DNA of 64,000 nt, from the NCBI GenBank assembly GCA_000004985.1, contig GG738881.1. One strand, written 5' to 3'. Below, piece after piece: positions 1 to 11,933 of the stretch. The DNA is from Naegleria gruberi. Taxonomy: Eukaryota. Numbering within the stretch: position 1 is the first letter of the stretch; every line of letters begins with the position of its first letter. Under the pieces are notes generated by a model, which was not told the origin of the DNA, searched no databases, and saw nothing but the letters and a program-made list of their open reading frames with translations. The position numbers were made by a program, and so were the translations under genes.

Positions 1-5
1 TCAGA

Positions 6-1560
6 ATGTCTCTCCCCCTAACCAAAAAGCTGAAGAGTTTTGTTCGTGAATTTGTTGATTATGCATCAACGCTATCCACTGGATATGTGATTGGAGCAAA
101 TTTATTTGGATTAATATTTATTGCTTTTCTTTCTTTTATGATTTATACAGTAATGACAAATTATTGGGATACTTTACAAAAAGTAAGAATAATGCTCAAC
201 TATTTACCTTTGGATACTATTGATAGAAATGATGTATTGAGAAACAACGTGCTTTATCACTCATATCCATCAATAGTAGAAATTAATGTGTTGAATAACA
301 GCTCAAAAAGAAGTAGCAACAATACATACTTGGAAAACTTGTCAGAATTCATCAATAATCACATTGAAGGAACAGCTGTTCTCAATGAAAAAGGAGAAGT
401 GGAGGTAATCAATGTTTCAGCTCACAGAATGTTTGGAAGTAAACCTGCAGATATTTTGGGAGCTACATTCTTTAAACTGGTTGAGAATAGTTATTTGGAC
501 AAGATGAAAAAGACAATGAGTTCATTATGTGAGGCAGCTAAAAAAGCTTCTGAAGCTACCACATCTGAGCAATCAAAATTGACAGACACTATTGAGGTGG
601 ATTGTTTTAGAATGAATCAAACCAAATTCCCTGCCAAATTATCATTTTTTACCAGTAATATTACAGGAAAGGGAATTATGATTGTTTGCACCATTAAGGA
701 TATCACTTCAGAGAAGAAACAAAATGCCCTCCTTGCAGAAGAAAAGAAAAATTCTGAAAATCTCTTGAAGAATATATTACCTGAGGGTGTAGCAGCAAGA
801 TTAAAGAAGGGTGAAACATTCATTGCTGAGAAATTGAATGACATTACATGTTTCTTTTCAGATATGGTTGGATTCACCAAAATTTCAAGCAATATGCAAG
901 CAACAGATCTTGTCAAAATGTTGAATTATGTTGTGAATGGATTTGACAAATTGACTGAAAAGTATGATTTGGAAAAGATCAAAACCATTGGAGATGCTTA
1001 CTTTGTGGTTGGAGGACTCAAAGGTTCTTCAGACCATCCTGAAAGTATGCTCAAATTTGCAATTGAAACATTTGATGTAATTAAGGATTTCAACACGAAT
1101 GGAACGCTTCACAATGGAGAATTTTTAAATATCAGAGTTGGAATTAACACTGGTTCATGTGTTGCAGGTGTAATTGGTGTAAGTATCATTACAAAAATAT
1201 ATAATTAATATTATTAATTAACTGAATTAGATTAAAAAATTTGCCTATGATTTATGGGGTGATACCATCAATACAGCCTCTCGTATGGAATCAACAGGAG
1301 TTCCCGGAAGGATTCAAATTTCCAGAACAACCTATGAAAGAGTTTATGATTTGGGCTTTGAATTTGATGAAAGACAAGTTGAAGTGAAAGGAAAAGGACG
1401 TATGCAAGCATATCTTCTCAATTCCAAACATCATACCAATCCAGATCCATCTAAATCCACTCCAATTGGAGGTGATGATGCAGATGGTGAGGTGGTAGTT
1501 CAGAAATTAAACCAAGGTCAATCAATGTTCATTGAATCTACTACAATGGAAGAAAACTAA
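6..1560 (+). CDS. Class III adenylyl cyclase with an N-terminal TM segment and a PAS domain. Two exons: 6-1178 and 1231-1560, with a 52-bp intron 1179-1230 (gtaagt...ttag). The 5' end may lie outside the window.
   Basis: The cyclase motifs are present: FSDMVGFT, KIKTIGDAYF, GINTGSCVAGVIG|IKKFAYDLWGDTINTASRMES. The exon 1 and exon 2 ORFs are in different frames and are joined in-frame by the GT..AG intron. A PAS-like segment (NEKGEVEVINVSAHRMFGSKPADILG...IKDITSEKK) precedes a coiled-coil region. The specificity residues are Lys (KIKTIG) and Asp (YDLWG), which is the adenylyl-cyclase type. Confidence 0.85.
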
Positions 1561-1680
1561 AAATTATTGGGGGCCTATAGCATCTCCATACGGATTTTTA
1601 CCAATAAAAAAGATATTCCTCGCCAAGTTTCCTTTTATATTCATCTCCGCGCCTTTAGGAAGAAATTTAAATTTAAAAAA

Positions 1681-2418
1681 ATGCAAAAAATTCAAAATAA
1701 AAAAATGTTTGAACCAAAACTAATTTCCCGCCCAATGTCATCCCATTCCTCACGATCAAATAGTTTAAAAACCATTTCCAGAATTAGTGGATTGAGTTTA
1801 ATAATAATGTTCTTTGCAGCCATGCACGCAGAAATGATGGTCAGAGCAAAACTAATCATTCCGAATAATGTTCATCAAACGCTCGATAATATTCGTGATC
1901 ATAATTGGTTGTTTTATAGTGGCTTGCTTTCTTATTTAATTGTTTTAATGTGTGATTTGGTAGTTTCTGTCGGAATGCACATTTACCTGAAGAGATTTGA
2001 TGAGAAATTGTCGTGGATTGTTGCATCAATGAGAGTGATTTATACAATGATATTTTCCTATGCCATTATACAATTGTTTGTTGGGTTTCAATTGGCGCTT
2101 CATCCAAAATTTGAAAAGCAAGTGACTTGTATGAAGTATTTTGAAGAGTTTGAAATGATTTTCAATGGAGCTTTGATTTTATTTGGAGTTTATTTGATAT
2201 TTGCTGCTTGGTTGTGTAAGAAATCGAATTTAATTTACAAGTGGGTCTGTATTTTGTTGGCTATTGCTGGATTGGCTTATTGTGTGGATAATATTTTAAA
2301 GTTGAGTTATAGTAAGGAATATTATGTGGAACATTATCAATCTGTGACCCTGCCTCTTGTTGCTATTCCAGCAATATTTGGAGAAGTAGGATTGGCTATT
2401 TCACTACTCAGACAGTGA
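1681..2418 (+). CDS. Multi-pass membrane protein resembling the bacterial DUF4386 family. The ORF is open from 1567; the start was chosen at the first plausible Met.
   Basis: The product has 4-5 hydrophobic helices. Its motif layout (AEMMVRAKLIIP...NIRDHNWLFYSGLLSYLIVLMCDLVV...AIAGLAYCVDNILKLSYSKEYYVE...IPAIFGEVGLAISLL) parallels DUF4386 proteins (AE..VR..LI.P, FR.G..S.L...D, AGLGYLIDS...Y.E, IPAFI.E..L). Confidence 0.55.
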   Translation: MQKIQNKKMFEPKLISRPMSSHSSRSNSLKTISRISGLSLIIMFFAAMHAEMMVRAKLIIPNNVHQTLDNIRDHNWLFYSGLLSYLIVLMCDLVVSVGMHIYLKRFDEKLSWIVASMRVIYTMIFSYAIIQLFVGFQLALHPKFEKQVTCMKYFEEFEMIFNGALILFGVYLIFAAWLCKKSNLIYKWVCILLAIAGLAYCVDNILKLSYSKEYYVEHYQSVTLPLVAIPAIFGEVGLAISLLRQ

Positions 2419-2752
2419 ATTTGATATAAATAATTTCAATTATAATTGGAAAATAATTCACTCATTAATACTTATGGGATTGACAGAGATCGGAGAATGT
2501 TTTCTAAACCATTAGCAAGCTTTCTTATAATTGCAGAAAATAACCAAACCAAAAGAAATGTCAGAAGTCAGTCCCATTTATTGTTAAACTATTACCAATA
2601 ATCACCACAGCTACATTTTCCATCTTTGATATGATGATACCTATTGGCATCTCTTACAATAATTTCCATGCCTACAAAGTGATTTCTCTTTTTCTTCCTC
2701 TGATGTCAGTTGGGTATGAGTTGTTTTATTCAGAAACTAATATTTCAAACAA

Positions 2753-3262
2753 TTATTCCATATTTTTCATATTATAAATTGGAACATTAGCCACCAACTG
2801 AGTGGCAAATACCTTTGGATCTGTCTTGAATCTATTTCTCAGAATATCTTTCTTATCTTGCTCCAAATTACTGTAAACTCTCTCAACAATCATATCAATC
2901 ACCTCACTGTACAATTGTAAATGATTGGCTGCGAATGTAATTAAATCCAAATCAATTAGTGAACCTCGATCTTGTTCCTCCCAACTGGTCATTCCAAGCA
3001 TTGTATTAATGAGTGCACCTTTGGTTTCATACCAATCTCTGGCTTGTTGCTGTTCAGTTTGAGTCATTTTCGAATAGGATTCAAAGGCAGGTCCGAAGAA
3101 TGATTCCAACATGTGTGGATCTTCGGCCAGGAAGGAGGGAAATCCCCAACTGTTTGGATGAGCAGTACCTTCCATTAGAGAGGCTGCAATACTTTGCACC
3201 AATATTTTATGTTTAAATTCATCCAAATGAGATGCTTGTTGATCTTGAGACATTTTTTTCAC
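2753..3262 (-). CDS. Hypothetical 169-aa protein, intronless, no recognised domain.
   Basis: Clean ORF with start and stop and coding-type codon usage, located in a gene-dense region between two annotated genes. Confidence 0.4.
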   Translation of the reverse strand: MKKMSQDQQASHLDEFKHKILVQSIAASLMEGTAHPNSWGFPSFLAEDPHMLESFFGPAFESYSKMTQTEQQQARDWYETKGALINTMLGMTSWEEQDRGSLIDLDLITFAANHLQLYSEVIDMIVERVYSNLEQDKKDILRNRFKTDPKVFATQLVANVPIYNMKNME

Positions 3263-3364
3263 TTTATTGCACGATTTTAAAATTCAAACTCTAAATATAC
3301 CATTCACCAAATCATTAAAAAGAAATATGTTTAAATTAAGAGGAATTTTTTACTAGAATACAAT

Positions 3365-4926
3365 TTACTCAATGTTAGCAGAGATACTGAGATCAGCTTG
3401 AGTCAAACCCATGTTACCGTTACCAAACAAATTGTGTGGGTCAATCTTTTGCTTGAGACCCTTCAAGATGTCAACACCTTGATCTCTGACAACTTCATTC
3501 ATCCATTCTCTTCTGAGCTTACCAATACCGTGGTGGTGAGACAAACTTCCTCCTTGGAGCAAGATTTCATCTCTGGCTTCAGATTCAATTTCAGAGAAGA
3601 CCTTAATTGGATCACTCAATCCTCTAAAGATGAAACCATAATAGAAGTAGACACAAGCACCAGTTTCATAAGTTTGAGTAACACGAGCAGAAACCCAAGG
3701 AACTGATGGAACACCCTTCTTCTTGGCAGATTCCTTAACTCTTTCTTCAACCTTCTTAATCATTGGAACAATGTTAGACCATGGAACAGAGGTTTCAAAG
3801 CTTTCGGCCATAAAGTAATAATTGAAACCATAATCTCTCAAATAAGCAATAACATAGGTAAGCAAATATCCTCTAGAACCAGCTTCAGCACCAGCCTTAA
3901 GACCACCATACTTGGAAGTAATATCATAAATAATCTTTTGTTGTCTATCAACTTCTTCTTGAGTACCTTCAAAGAGCAATGTGACAACACACATCTTTTC
4001 TGGATCAAAACCACAGACCNNNNNNNNNNNNNNNNNNNNNNNNNNNNNNNNNNNNNNNNNNNNNNNNNNNNNNNNNNNNNNNNNNNNNNNNNNNNNNNNN
4101 NNNNNNNNNNNNNNNNNNNNNNNNNNNNNNNNNNNNNNNNNNNNNNNNNNNNNNNNNNNNNNNNNNNNTCGTGACCAAGAGTCAAATTAAACTTATCCTT
4201 AAGTTCCTTTTGTAATTCAATACCAATAGCACCAGCTTCAATAACAGCAGTATTGGATTCAAAATCAACACTCAAAATACGATCCATTTCTTGAGTATCA
4301 ATAGAAACAATCATTCTCTTTTCATTTTCTGGACAGAGCAAAGCTTGAGTGACGTTAGTACCACCACCATATGGAATAATTGTTAATTGTTCAGGATATT
4401 TAGTAGCAATAGAAACAATCTTTTCAACATGATCGTGTGAATCTGGATAGATGACAACGTCAACAAGTCTCTTGAATTTTCCGTATCTGAGTTGATAAAT
4501 TTCTTGACAACAGTGACCATGGGAGTGCATCAAACGGACTTCATCATCAAAAGACAAATACTTGAAGCAATTAGCTTGTTTAAGTTCATCAACGAATGAT
4601 TTACAAATTACTGGCTTGTGGATCTTTTGTTGCATCTCAGGCCAAGATTGAGCAGGAGAAGCATATCTAGTGTCCAAACCAGTAAAGTTTTCAAACCATG
4701 GACGGAAATCAGGAATACATTTACCAGATAAAACATAACGATCACCAGTAACATAAACGTCCTTCTTTTCATCCATAGTAAAATCGGTATCCTTGTATCC
4801 CCATCCGTTCCACTTGGCCAATTTTTGTCTCTTGTTTGGAATACCAGTACCCATCTTTTCCTTGGACATTGTCAATAGAGTAGGAGAAGTTGGAACGCCA
4901 CCAGCGCAAACATTAGAAGACACCAT
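3365..4926 (-). CDS. Alkyldihydroxyacetonephosphate synthase (FAD-linked oxidase family). Its middle is interrupted by the assembly gap 4020-4168.
   Basis: The N-terminal signature KLAKWNGWGYKD...GDRYVLSGKCIPDF and the FAD-binding region IIPYGGGTNV are present. The C-terminal half contains HHHGIGKLRREW. The two halves are read in different apparent frames only because of the N-gap. Confidence 0.85.
4020..4168. other. Assembly gap (149 N).
   Basis: Run of N in the sequence. Confidence 1.
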
Positions 4927-5508
4927 ATTATTATTGATGATGATGACGGTGTTGTTTGCAAATGAGAGCCGATCATTTGCATACGACGTTGTGCTCTCTC
5001 CATTTGTTGTTGGTTCATTTTTTTTTCAAAGGCTTTTTTTTTGAATATTTTTTCAAAGGCTAAAAATCAAAACTTCACACAGCAATCTTGGTGTTTCTGA
5101 ACGAGGATGTTAAGATCGTGCTGCGAATGTTAGTTGGAATGTTTGTGGATTGATATTTTGTGAAGAGGAGATGAAAAAGTGAAAGGCAGTTGAGAGGTTA
5201 AGTGAAAAATTACGTGTGAAAATTGTAATGTGATTAATAGAATATTCTGAAAGAAGATAAGTTGACAAAGGAGGGAAAACACAGTTTTTGGGGTTTGGAA
5301 AATTTAAGGAGTATTGTAAGAAGTGTTTCATCATATGTTTCTTGATGTTCTGATATCAGAAATGGTTTAAAAAGAGGGAGAATGTTCAATAATGTGTGTA
5401 CGATATTGGATATTGTGTGCGAGTAAATGTCCCACCGCTCTTCAAAAAATTGCCAAGATTGTAATTCATTCAGTGTCACAATTTCTATTTTGTAATAACA
5501 ATGAGAAG

Positions 5509-5579
5509 GCGTCGATGGTTTAGTGGTAGAATACGGCGTTGCCATCGCCGTGACCCGGGTTCAATTCCCGGTCGACGCA
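5509..5579 (+). tRNA. tRNA-Gly-GCC: tRNA-Gly (anticodon GCC).
   Basis: Cloverleaf GCGTCGA/TCGACGC acceptor stem, D-arm GGTTTAGTGGTAGAATAC, anticodon loop TTGCCAT, T-arm CCCGG GTTCAATT CCGGG, discriminator A. T-run downstream. Confidence 0.95.
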
Positions 5580-5919
5580 CTCCGAAATTAGTTTTATCTT
5601 TGGTAATTCTTGTTTTTATTTTTTATTAATTTAATCATCAAAAGAACACAAGCGTATCTACAATATTCTCAAATTTCAAGTCTTATATTGATCAAGATAA
5701 TCATCACAGTTTGAGCACTATTTTTTTGCAAAGATATTTTTTACTTTAAAAAAAATTGTTCCAACGAAAGGAAAAAGTATATTCTGCAACAATTAACATT
5801 TTTTGATCAAAATACTCATAGGAAATACACTTTTGACATAGTCTAATATGTACAAACAGACACGTGTTTCAAAAAAGCTAGGAAATCTGTCACAACTCAA
5901 CTAGAAAATGAACAATTGT

Positions 5920-6312
5920 TTAATAATTAAAATACACTAATGGTTCAGAATTAGACCAAATACAAGAAGCCTCATTATGCTTAATAGTTTCATGAATACT
6001 ATAAAAGTCATAAATTGGAGCATGTCTTTGACGATGCACTCTAATATGAATGCACAAATCTCCTCCAATATTAACCTTAATAAAATAATTAGTACCGTAC
6101 TCTACAATTTCTTCGGCATACTTTAAAACCTTCCAATTGGCAATGTGTTCGTGGAGGTGAGCATCATGGAAATGATGGACAGTACTCTCATGATGTTTCT
6201 GATGAAGAGAATGAATGGCTGCGTGCTTTATATGAGGCTGAGAGACAATTTCATCAATTTGAGGTGTACAATCATGAACAGGACCCATGTTATTATCACT
6301 GACTGAGGACAT
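5920..6312 (-). CDS. Stefin (type-1 cystatin) homolog with a His-rich insertion and a non-canonical inhibitory loop.
   Basis: It aligns to the stefin A/B N-terminal segment (TPQIDEIV versus TPEIQEIV) and to the core EYGTNYFIKVNIGGDLCIHIRVH versus VAGTNYFIKVHVGDEDFVHLRVF. The QVVAG motif is replaced by EIVEYG. A His-rich segment HIKHAAIHSLHQKHHESTVHHFHDAHLHEH is inserted. Confidence 0.7.
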   Translation of the reverse strand: MSSVSDNNMGPVHDCTPQIDEIVSQPHIKHAAIHSLHQKHHESTVHHFHDAHLHEHIANWKVLKYAEEIVEYGTNYFIKVNIGGDLCIHIRVHRQRHAPIYDFYSIHETIKHNEASCIWSNSEPLVYFNY

Positions 6313-6610
6313 TTTGCTGGTTTTATTTGTTTTTTTGTATGATTAAAATGAACTTTTTACTGTCTTACTATTTATTGAAAAAGTTTGAGTGCTAAATGAA
6401 GGAGAGATTCAAAAATGTTTGTTGACTCTGTGATAACGGTTATTGTAAATAGGATGATAGGTATTGATTGAGAACTGTTTTTGATCGCCAATTTGTGATG
6501 GCCATTGAAATAATTGATACAAAATGAATTTATCTCCCATTACAAAAATTCAATACAAAACTAAACTGTTTCCGTTCAAATATTTCACTTAAAAGAATTA
6601 TCCACATAAT

Positions 6611-8262
<1,652 letters not shown>

Positions 8263-8491
8263 TTTGATGATTAATGATAATTTTTTTGTGGTGGAAGAAA
8301 AATGGTGAAAAATTGATCTAGTATTTTGTTTCAGCAAGTGGAAGGTAAATGTCAATGCAAAAAGGATGAGTGCTGATGGATTTTGAGTATGTATTAATGT
8401 TTGTCCTTGTTTTGTGCTTGCCCGAGTGGTTCAAGTTAAAAATTGAATTGTGTAAAAGAATATGTGAGGGAAAATAAGAAAATGAATGTAT

Positions 8492-8565
8492 GCAGCGATA
8501 GATCAGTTGGTTAGATCGTAAGCCTAACACGCTTAAGGTCGCGGGTTCAAGCCCCGCTCGCTGTA
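8492..8565 (+). tRNA. tRNA-Val-AAC: tRNA-Val (anticodon AAC).
   Basis: The acceptor stem is GCAGCGA/TCGCTGT with a G1-U72 wobble pair. The anticodon arm AAGCC-TAACACG-CTTAA matches the eukaryotic Val-AAC family. T-arm GCGGG TTCAAGC CCCGC and a T4 run downstream. Confidence 0.9.
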
Positions 8566-8636
8566 GCCTTTTGCATGATAATTTATTAATTTAAGAACGG
8601 GCTAAAAAGTTACAATTTATTTGGATTGCTTTAATG

Positions 8637-10004
8637 TTACAATTTTGGTTCAGTTTTTACGTAATTCTCAATTTGTTGCTTAACATCCAAGTATTGTCTT
8701 TGAGATGGAACTTTTTCACCCAACAGGATCATTCTTGTAACCATTCCAGCAACTGAACTACCAAATTGCACCTCAGAAGCAAGTTGTGGCCAAGAAGTGA
8801 GTGTCTTACCAACTTGGAAGAATGATTCTACACCCCTCTTTGAAGCCAGAGGAATTGAAATGAATTGCACAACCAAGGCACGTTTCTGTTCTGGTGAAAA
8901 TTGGTCAACTTCCAACAATTCTTTCTGAATGAGTCCATGAAGAATTGGATAATCCTTATCCAAATCAAATCTTTCAATATCCAAAAGACCTCTGTCACTT
9001 GTTTCCATGACAACTGGAATTTGTACTTTTCTACAATGTTTTCTAACCAATACTTTGGTGTCAAAGCTGTCACATTCTTCAATGACAAGATCAATTAATT
9101 TTGTTTCAGGAGAACTTCCCAAAACTGTGGCAATATTATCCTTGTTTAAACCTTGTTCAAGGAATGTAACTTTGAGGTATGGATCCAATTCAGCAATAGC
9201 TCTCTTAATGAGAGTTCCCTTCATAATACCCAAATCCATGACGCTAGCTCTTAGACGATTCATATTCGAAAGGTCCAAATGATCGAAATCTGCCAAGACT
9301 AAATGACCACAACTTCTTTCCATGGCCAAAACCATAGCAGCAGCCTGTCCAACACTGAGACCAATCACAAGAACTGTCTTTTTCTCAAGTGCTTGTTGTT
9401 CCTCTGGTAGAATCTTGGAAACATTTCTAATAGTTCTCACACGAACGAAATCATCTTTATCCAAAACATGGACAAGTGAATTTCTCCATGGATAATAAAC
9501 CCAATTTCCATATTCTTGCATTGACTTTCCATTCAACTTTTCAGTAATCTTAGTATCGTACAATTCTTTTGACATTGGATGAAGAGAAGGATTTTCCAAC
9601 TTGATCAAATCCTTGATTTGCAAATCCATGGTGTCAAGTATTTGGATTGATGGATTAGATTTCAATAAAAGTGACAATTCATTGGCTTGCTCTGGGAGTT
9701 TAAAAATTACATGTTGATTCTCGGTTTGATGAAAGTTAATTTCCTTATTCGAATCAGAACTAATCTTGATCTGTTTAAAAATATTAGAAAGGGAACCAAT
9801 TTCTTTCTCACCACTCTTTTGATGAGAAACAGCAGAATTTGAACTAATATTTGCTGTTGAAGTTGAGTGCACACCTCTCACACTATTGGATGTCAACATG
9901 GTAGTCAATTGTGCAGATTTTTTGGTAAAATTATTGAATGCAACATTCTTGGATCTGTAACCAAGAGCTCTTAAACCATTAATCATCATTATTGGATTCT
10001 GCAA
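8637..10004 (-). CDS. ThiF/MoeB/E1-like adenylyltransferase-fold protein (455 aa) with a ~230-aa N-terminal region of unknown fold. Single exon.
   Basis: The C-terminal half carries the ThiF hallmarks VLVIGLSVGQAAAMVLA...LVLADFDHLDLSNMNRL. The N-terminus (YGNWVYYPWRNSLVHVLDKDDFVRVRTIRNV) is not recognisably Uba/Atg7/MOCS3-like. A Ser/Arg-rich N-tip may be a targeting peptide. Confidence 0.7.
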   Translation of the reverse strand: MQNPIMMINGLRALGYRSKNVAFNNFTKKSAQLTTMLTSNSVRGVHSTSTANISSNSAVSHQKSGEKEIGSLSNIFKQIKISSDSNKEINFHQTENQHVIFKLPEQANELSLLLKSNPSIQILDTMDLQIKDLIKLENPSLHPMSKELYDTKITEKLNGKSMQEYGNWVYYPWRNSLVHVLDKDDFVRVRTIRNVSKILPEEQQALEKKTVLVIGLSVGQAAAMVLAMERSCGHLVLADFDHLDLSNMNRLRASVMDLGIMKGTLIKRAIAELDPYLKVTFLEQGLNKDNIATVLGSSPETKLIDLVIEECDSFDTKVLVRKHCRKVQIPVVMETSDRGLLDIERFDLDKDYPILHGLIQKELLEVDQFSPEQKRALVVQFISIPLASKRGVESFFQVGKTLTSWPQLASEVQFGSSVAGMVTRMILLGEKVPSQRQYLDVKQQIENYVKTEPKL

Positions 10005-10139
10005 AGTAGTAACTCAATTATTCTATGATATTAAGTGTGATATTCCTGGTAAACCTTGTAGTAAGAGTTACTAGAGAGGATAAAGGAGTGATTTTTTTAA
10101 ACGTGTGTTAAATCACTCTAAGGATGCTGAGCAAATATA

Positions 10140-10366
10140 TTCGAAATGGAAGATCGGTTGCACTCGCAAATACCTCTACTTCTCTCTTAAATTGTTCCAG
10201 TGTGTGAAATCGTAGCATTCCTTGTCCCTTTCATTTCCACTTGATAAGAACAATTGATCTTACTGCACGATTTCACTCGCAAGATCACTGATTGAAAACA
10301 TGTTGCATGAGCTAGAAATGATCTCCAATCATATATTCGCAATAAGCGTTGCCTTTTTTACATTGA
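10140..10366 (+). ncRNA. Candidate structured RNA or regulatory island. It is GC-richer than neighbouring intergenic DNA, contains a hairpin and repeated 9-mers, and ends in a T6 tract.
   Basis: The inverted repeat GAAATCGT (10206-10213) and ACGATTTC (10267-10274) encloses a ~53-nt loop. The direct repeat CACTCGCAA occurs at 10161 and 10274. A T6 run at 10354-10359 sits 23 nt before the next ATG. No convincing ORF is present. Assignment to any RNA family is unproven. Confidence 0.2.
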
Positions 10367-10408
10367 TCTCCAAACAAGCATCATGATTTACAAATTAATT
10401 GGTAACAA

Positions 10409-11406
10409 NNNNNNNNNNNNNNNNNNNNNNNNNNNNNNNNNNNNNNNNNNNNNNNNNNNNNNNNNNNNNNNNNNNNNNNNNNNNNNNNNNNNNNNNNNNN
10501 NNNNNNNNNNNNNNNNNNNNNNNNNNNNNNNNNNNNNNNNNNNNNNNNNNNNNNNNNNNNNNNNNNNNNNNNNNNNNNNNNNNNNNNNNNNNNNNNNNNN
10601 NNNNNNNNNNNNNNNNNNNNNNNNNNNNNNNNNNNNNNNNNNNNNNNNNNNNNNNNNNNNNNNNNNNNNNNNNNNNNNNNNNNNNNNNNNNNNNNNNNNN
10701 NNNNNNNNNNNNNNNNNNNNNNNNNNNNNNNNNNNNNNNNNNNNNNNNNNNNNNNNNNNNNNNNNNNNNNNNNNNNNNNNNNNNNNNNNNNNNNNNNNNN
10801 NNNNNNNNNNNNNNNNNNNNNNNNNNNNNNNNNNNNNNNNNNNNNNNNNNNNNNNNNNNNNNNNNNNNNNNNNNNNNNNNNNNNNNNNNNNNNNNNNNNN
10901 NNNNNNNNNNNNNNNNNNNNNNNNNNNNNNNNNNNNNNNNNNNNNNNNNNNNNNNNNNNNNNNNNNNNNNNNNNNNNNNNNNNNNNNNNNNNNNNNNNNN
11001 NNNNNNNNNNNNNNNNNNNNNNNNNNNNNNNNNNNNNNNNNNNNNNNNNNNNNNNNNNNNNNNNNNNNNNNNNNNNNNNNNNNNNNNNNNNNNNNNNNNN
11101 NNNNNNNNNNNNNNNNNNNNNNNNNNNNNNNNNNNNNNNNNNNNNNNNNNNNNNNNNNNNNNNNNNNNNNNNNNNNNNNNNNNNNNNNNNNNNNNNNNNN
11201 NNNNNNNNNNNNNNNNNNNNNNNNNNNNNNNNNNNNNNNNNNNNNNNNNNNNNNNNNNNNNNNNNNNNNNNNNNNNNNNNNNNNNNNNNNNNNNNNNNNN
11301 NNNNNNNNNNNNNNNNNNNNNNNNNNNNNNNNNNNNNNNNNNNNNNNNNNNNNNNNNNNNNNNNNNNNNNNNNNNNNNNNNNNNNNNNNNNNNNNNNNNN
11401 NNNNNN
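10409..11406. other. Assembly gap (998 N).
   Basis: Run of N in the sequence. Confidence 1.
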
Positions 11407-11933
11407 ACTGTCCATCATTAAACCTAAACGCGATTGAACTTGTGATATTTATGGAGGAATGCAAAGTGCTGGTATTCTCTCATGAAAATAAGGCCTACTT
11501 TTACAATATTGAAACACATCAAATCATTCATGAATTGGAATATCCAGTACTTACTGAATTCAGAGTTCATTCCAAATATCGAGATTTAGTCCTTATACAT
11601 CCAAGATATGAAAAAGAAGCATTCATATTCAAAGTGGAAACAAATCCACATGAAAAGAGCCAAACAGTTAAAAGGCTAATTAGTATTCCAGTTGAAGATT
11701 TCATTGTTAGAGCAAAATTTTGTGGAGATGAATCAATTGTTGTCTTGATGGGAAATTGTGCTTTGGTAGAATACGATTTAAGGTCTGGCAAATTATTAGG
11801 AATGTTTAGTTTTGCTGCAACATATGGAAATGTCATTACGTTTGTCAAGCACGCACCTAGTAAGAGACGATTTCTGTTGTATGGAGATGAGATGGGTTCT
11901 GTCTATATTTTAGAACTCTACAAATTCGAGTAA
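11407..11933 (+). CDS. 3' fragment of a gene whose 5' part lies in the gap. Hypothetical protein, possibly a beta-propeller-like repeat.
   Basis: The ORF is open from the gap edge to the stop at 11931-11933 (…ELVIFMEECKVLVFSHENKAYFYNIETHQIIHELEY…YILELYKFE). The ATG at 10383 listed in the ORF track is connected to it only through N codons. Confidence 0.4.

Noticed and set aside
3365-4926. The apparent frameshift between the two ADHAPS ORFs (3365-3994 and 3838-4926).
   Set aside because: The frames are separated by the 149-N gap, whose true length is unknown. This is not evidence of a pseudogene.
5580-5920. Search for tRNA-gene-targeted retroelements or other mobile elements next to the two tRNA genes and in the long intergenic region 29640-30560.
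   Set aside because: No RT/integrase-like ORFs, LTRs or terminal inverted repeats were found. The flanks are simple AT-rich intergenic DNA. The 29640-30560 region is somewhat GC-richer but has no ORF or repeat signature.
10140-10366. Assignment of the GC-rich hairpin island to U4 snRNA or another named ncRNA family.
   Set aside because: Only short motif resemblances are seen. The loop is far longer than the U4 K-turn hairpin, and Sm site and U6-pairing regions are not identifiable. It is kept only as an unclassified candidate.
10383-11933. A 516-aa ORF starting at the ATG at 10383.
   Set aside because: The start is linked to the real 3' coding fragment (11407-11933) only through 998 N. The true 5' structure is unknown.
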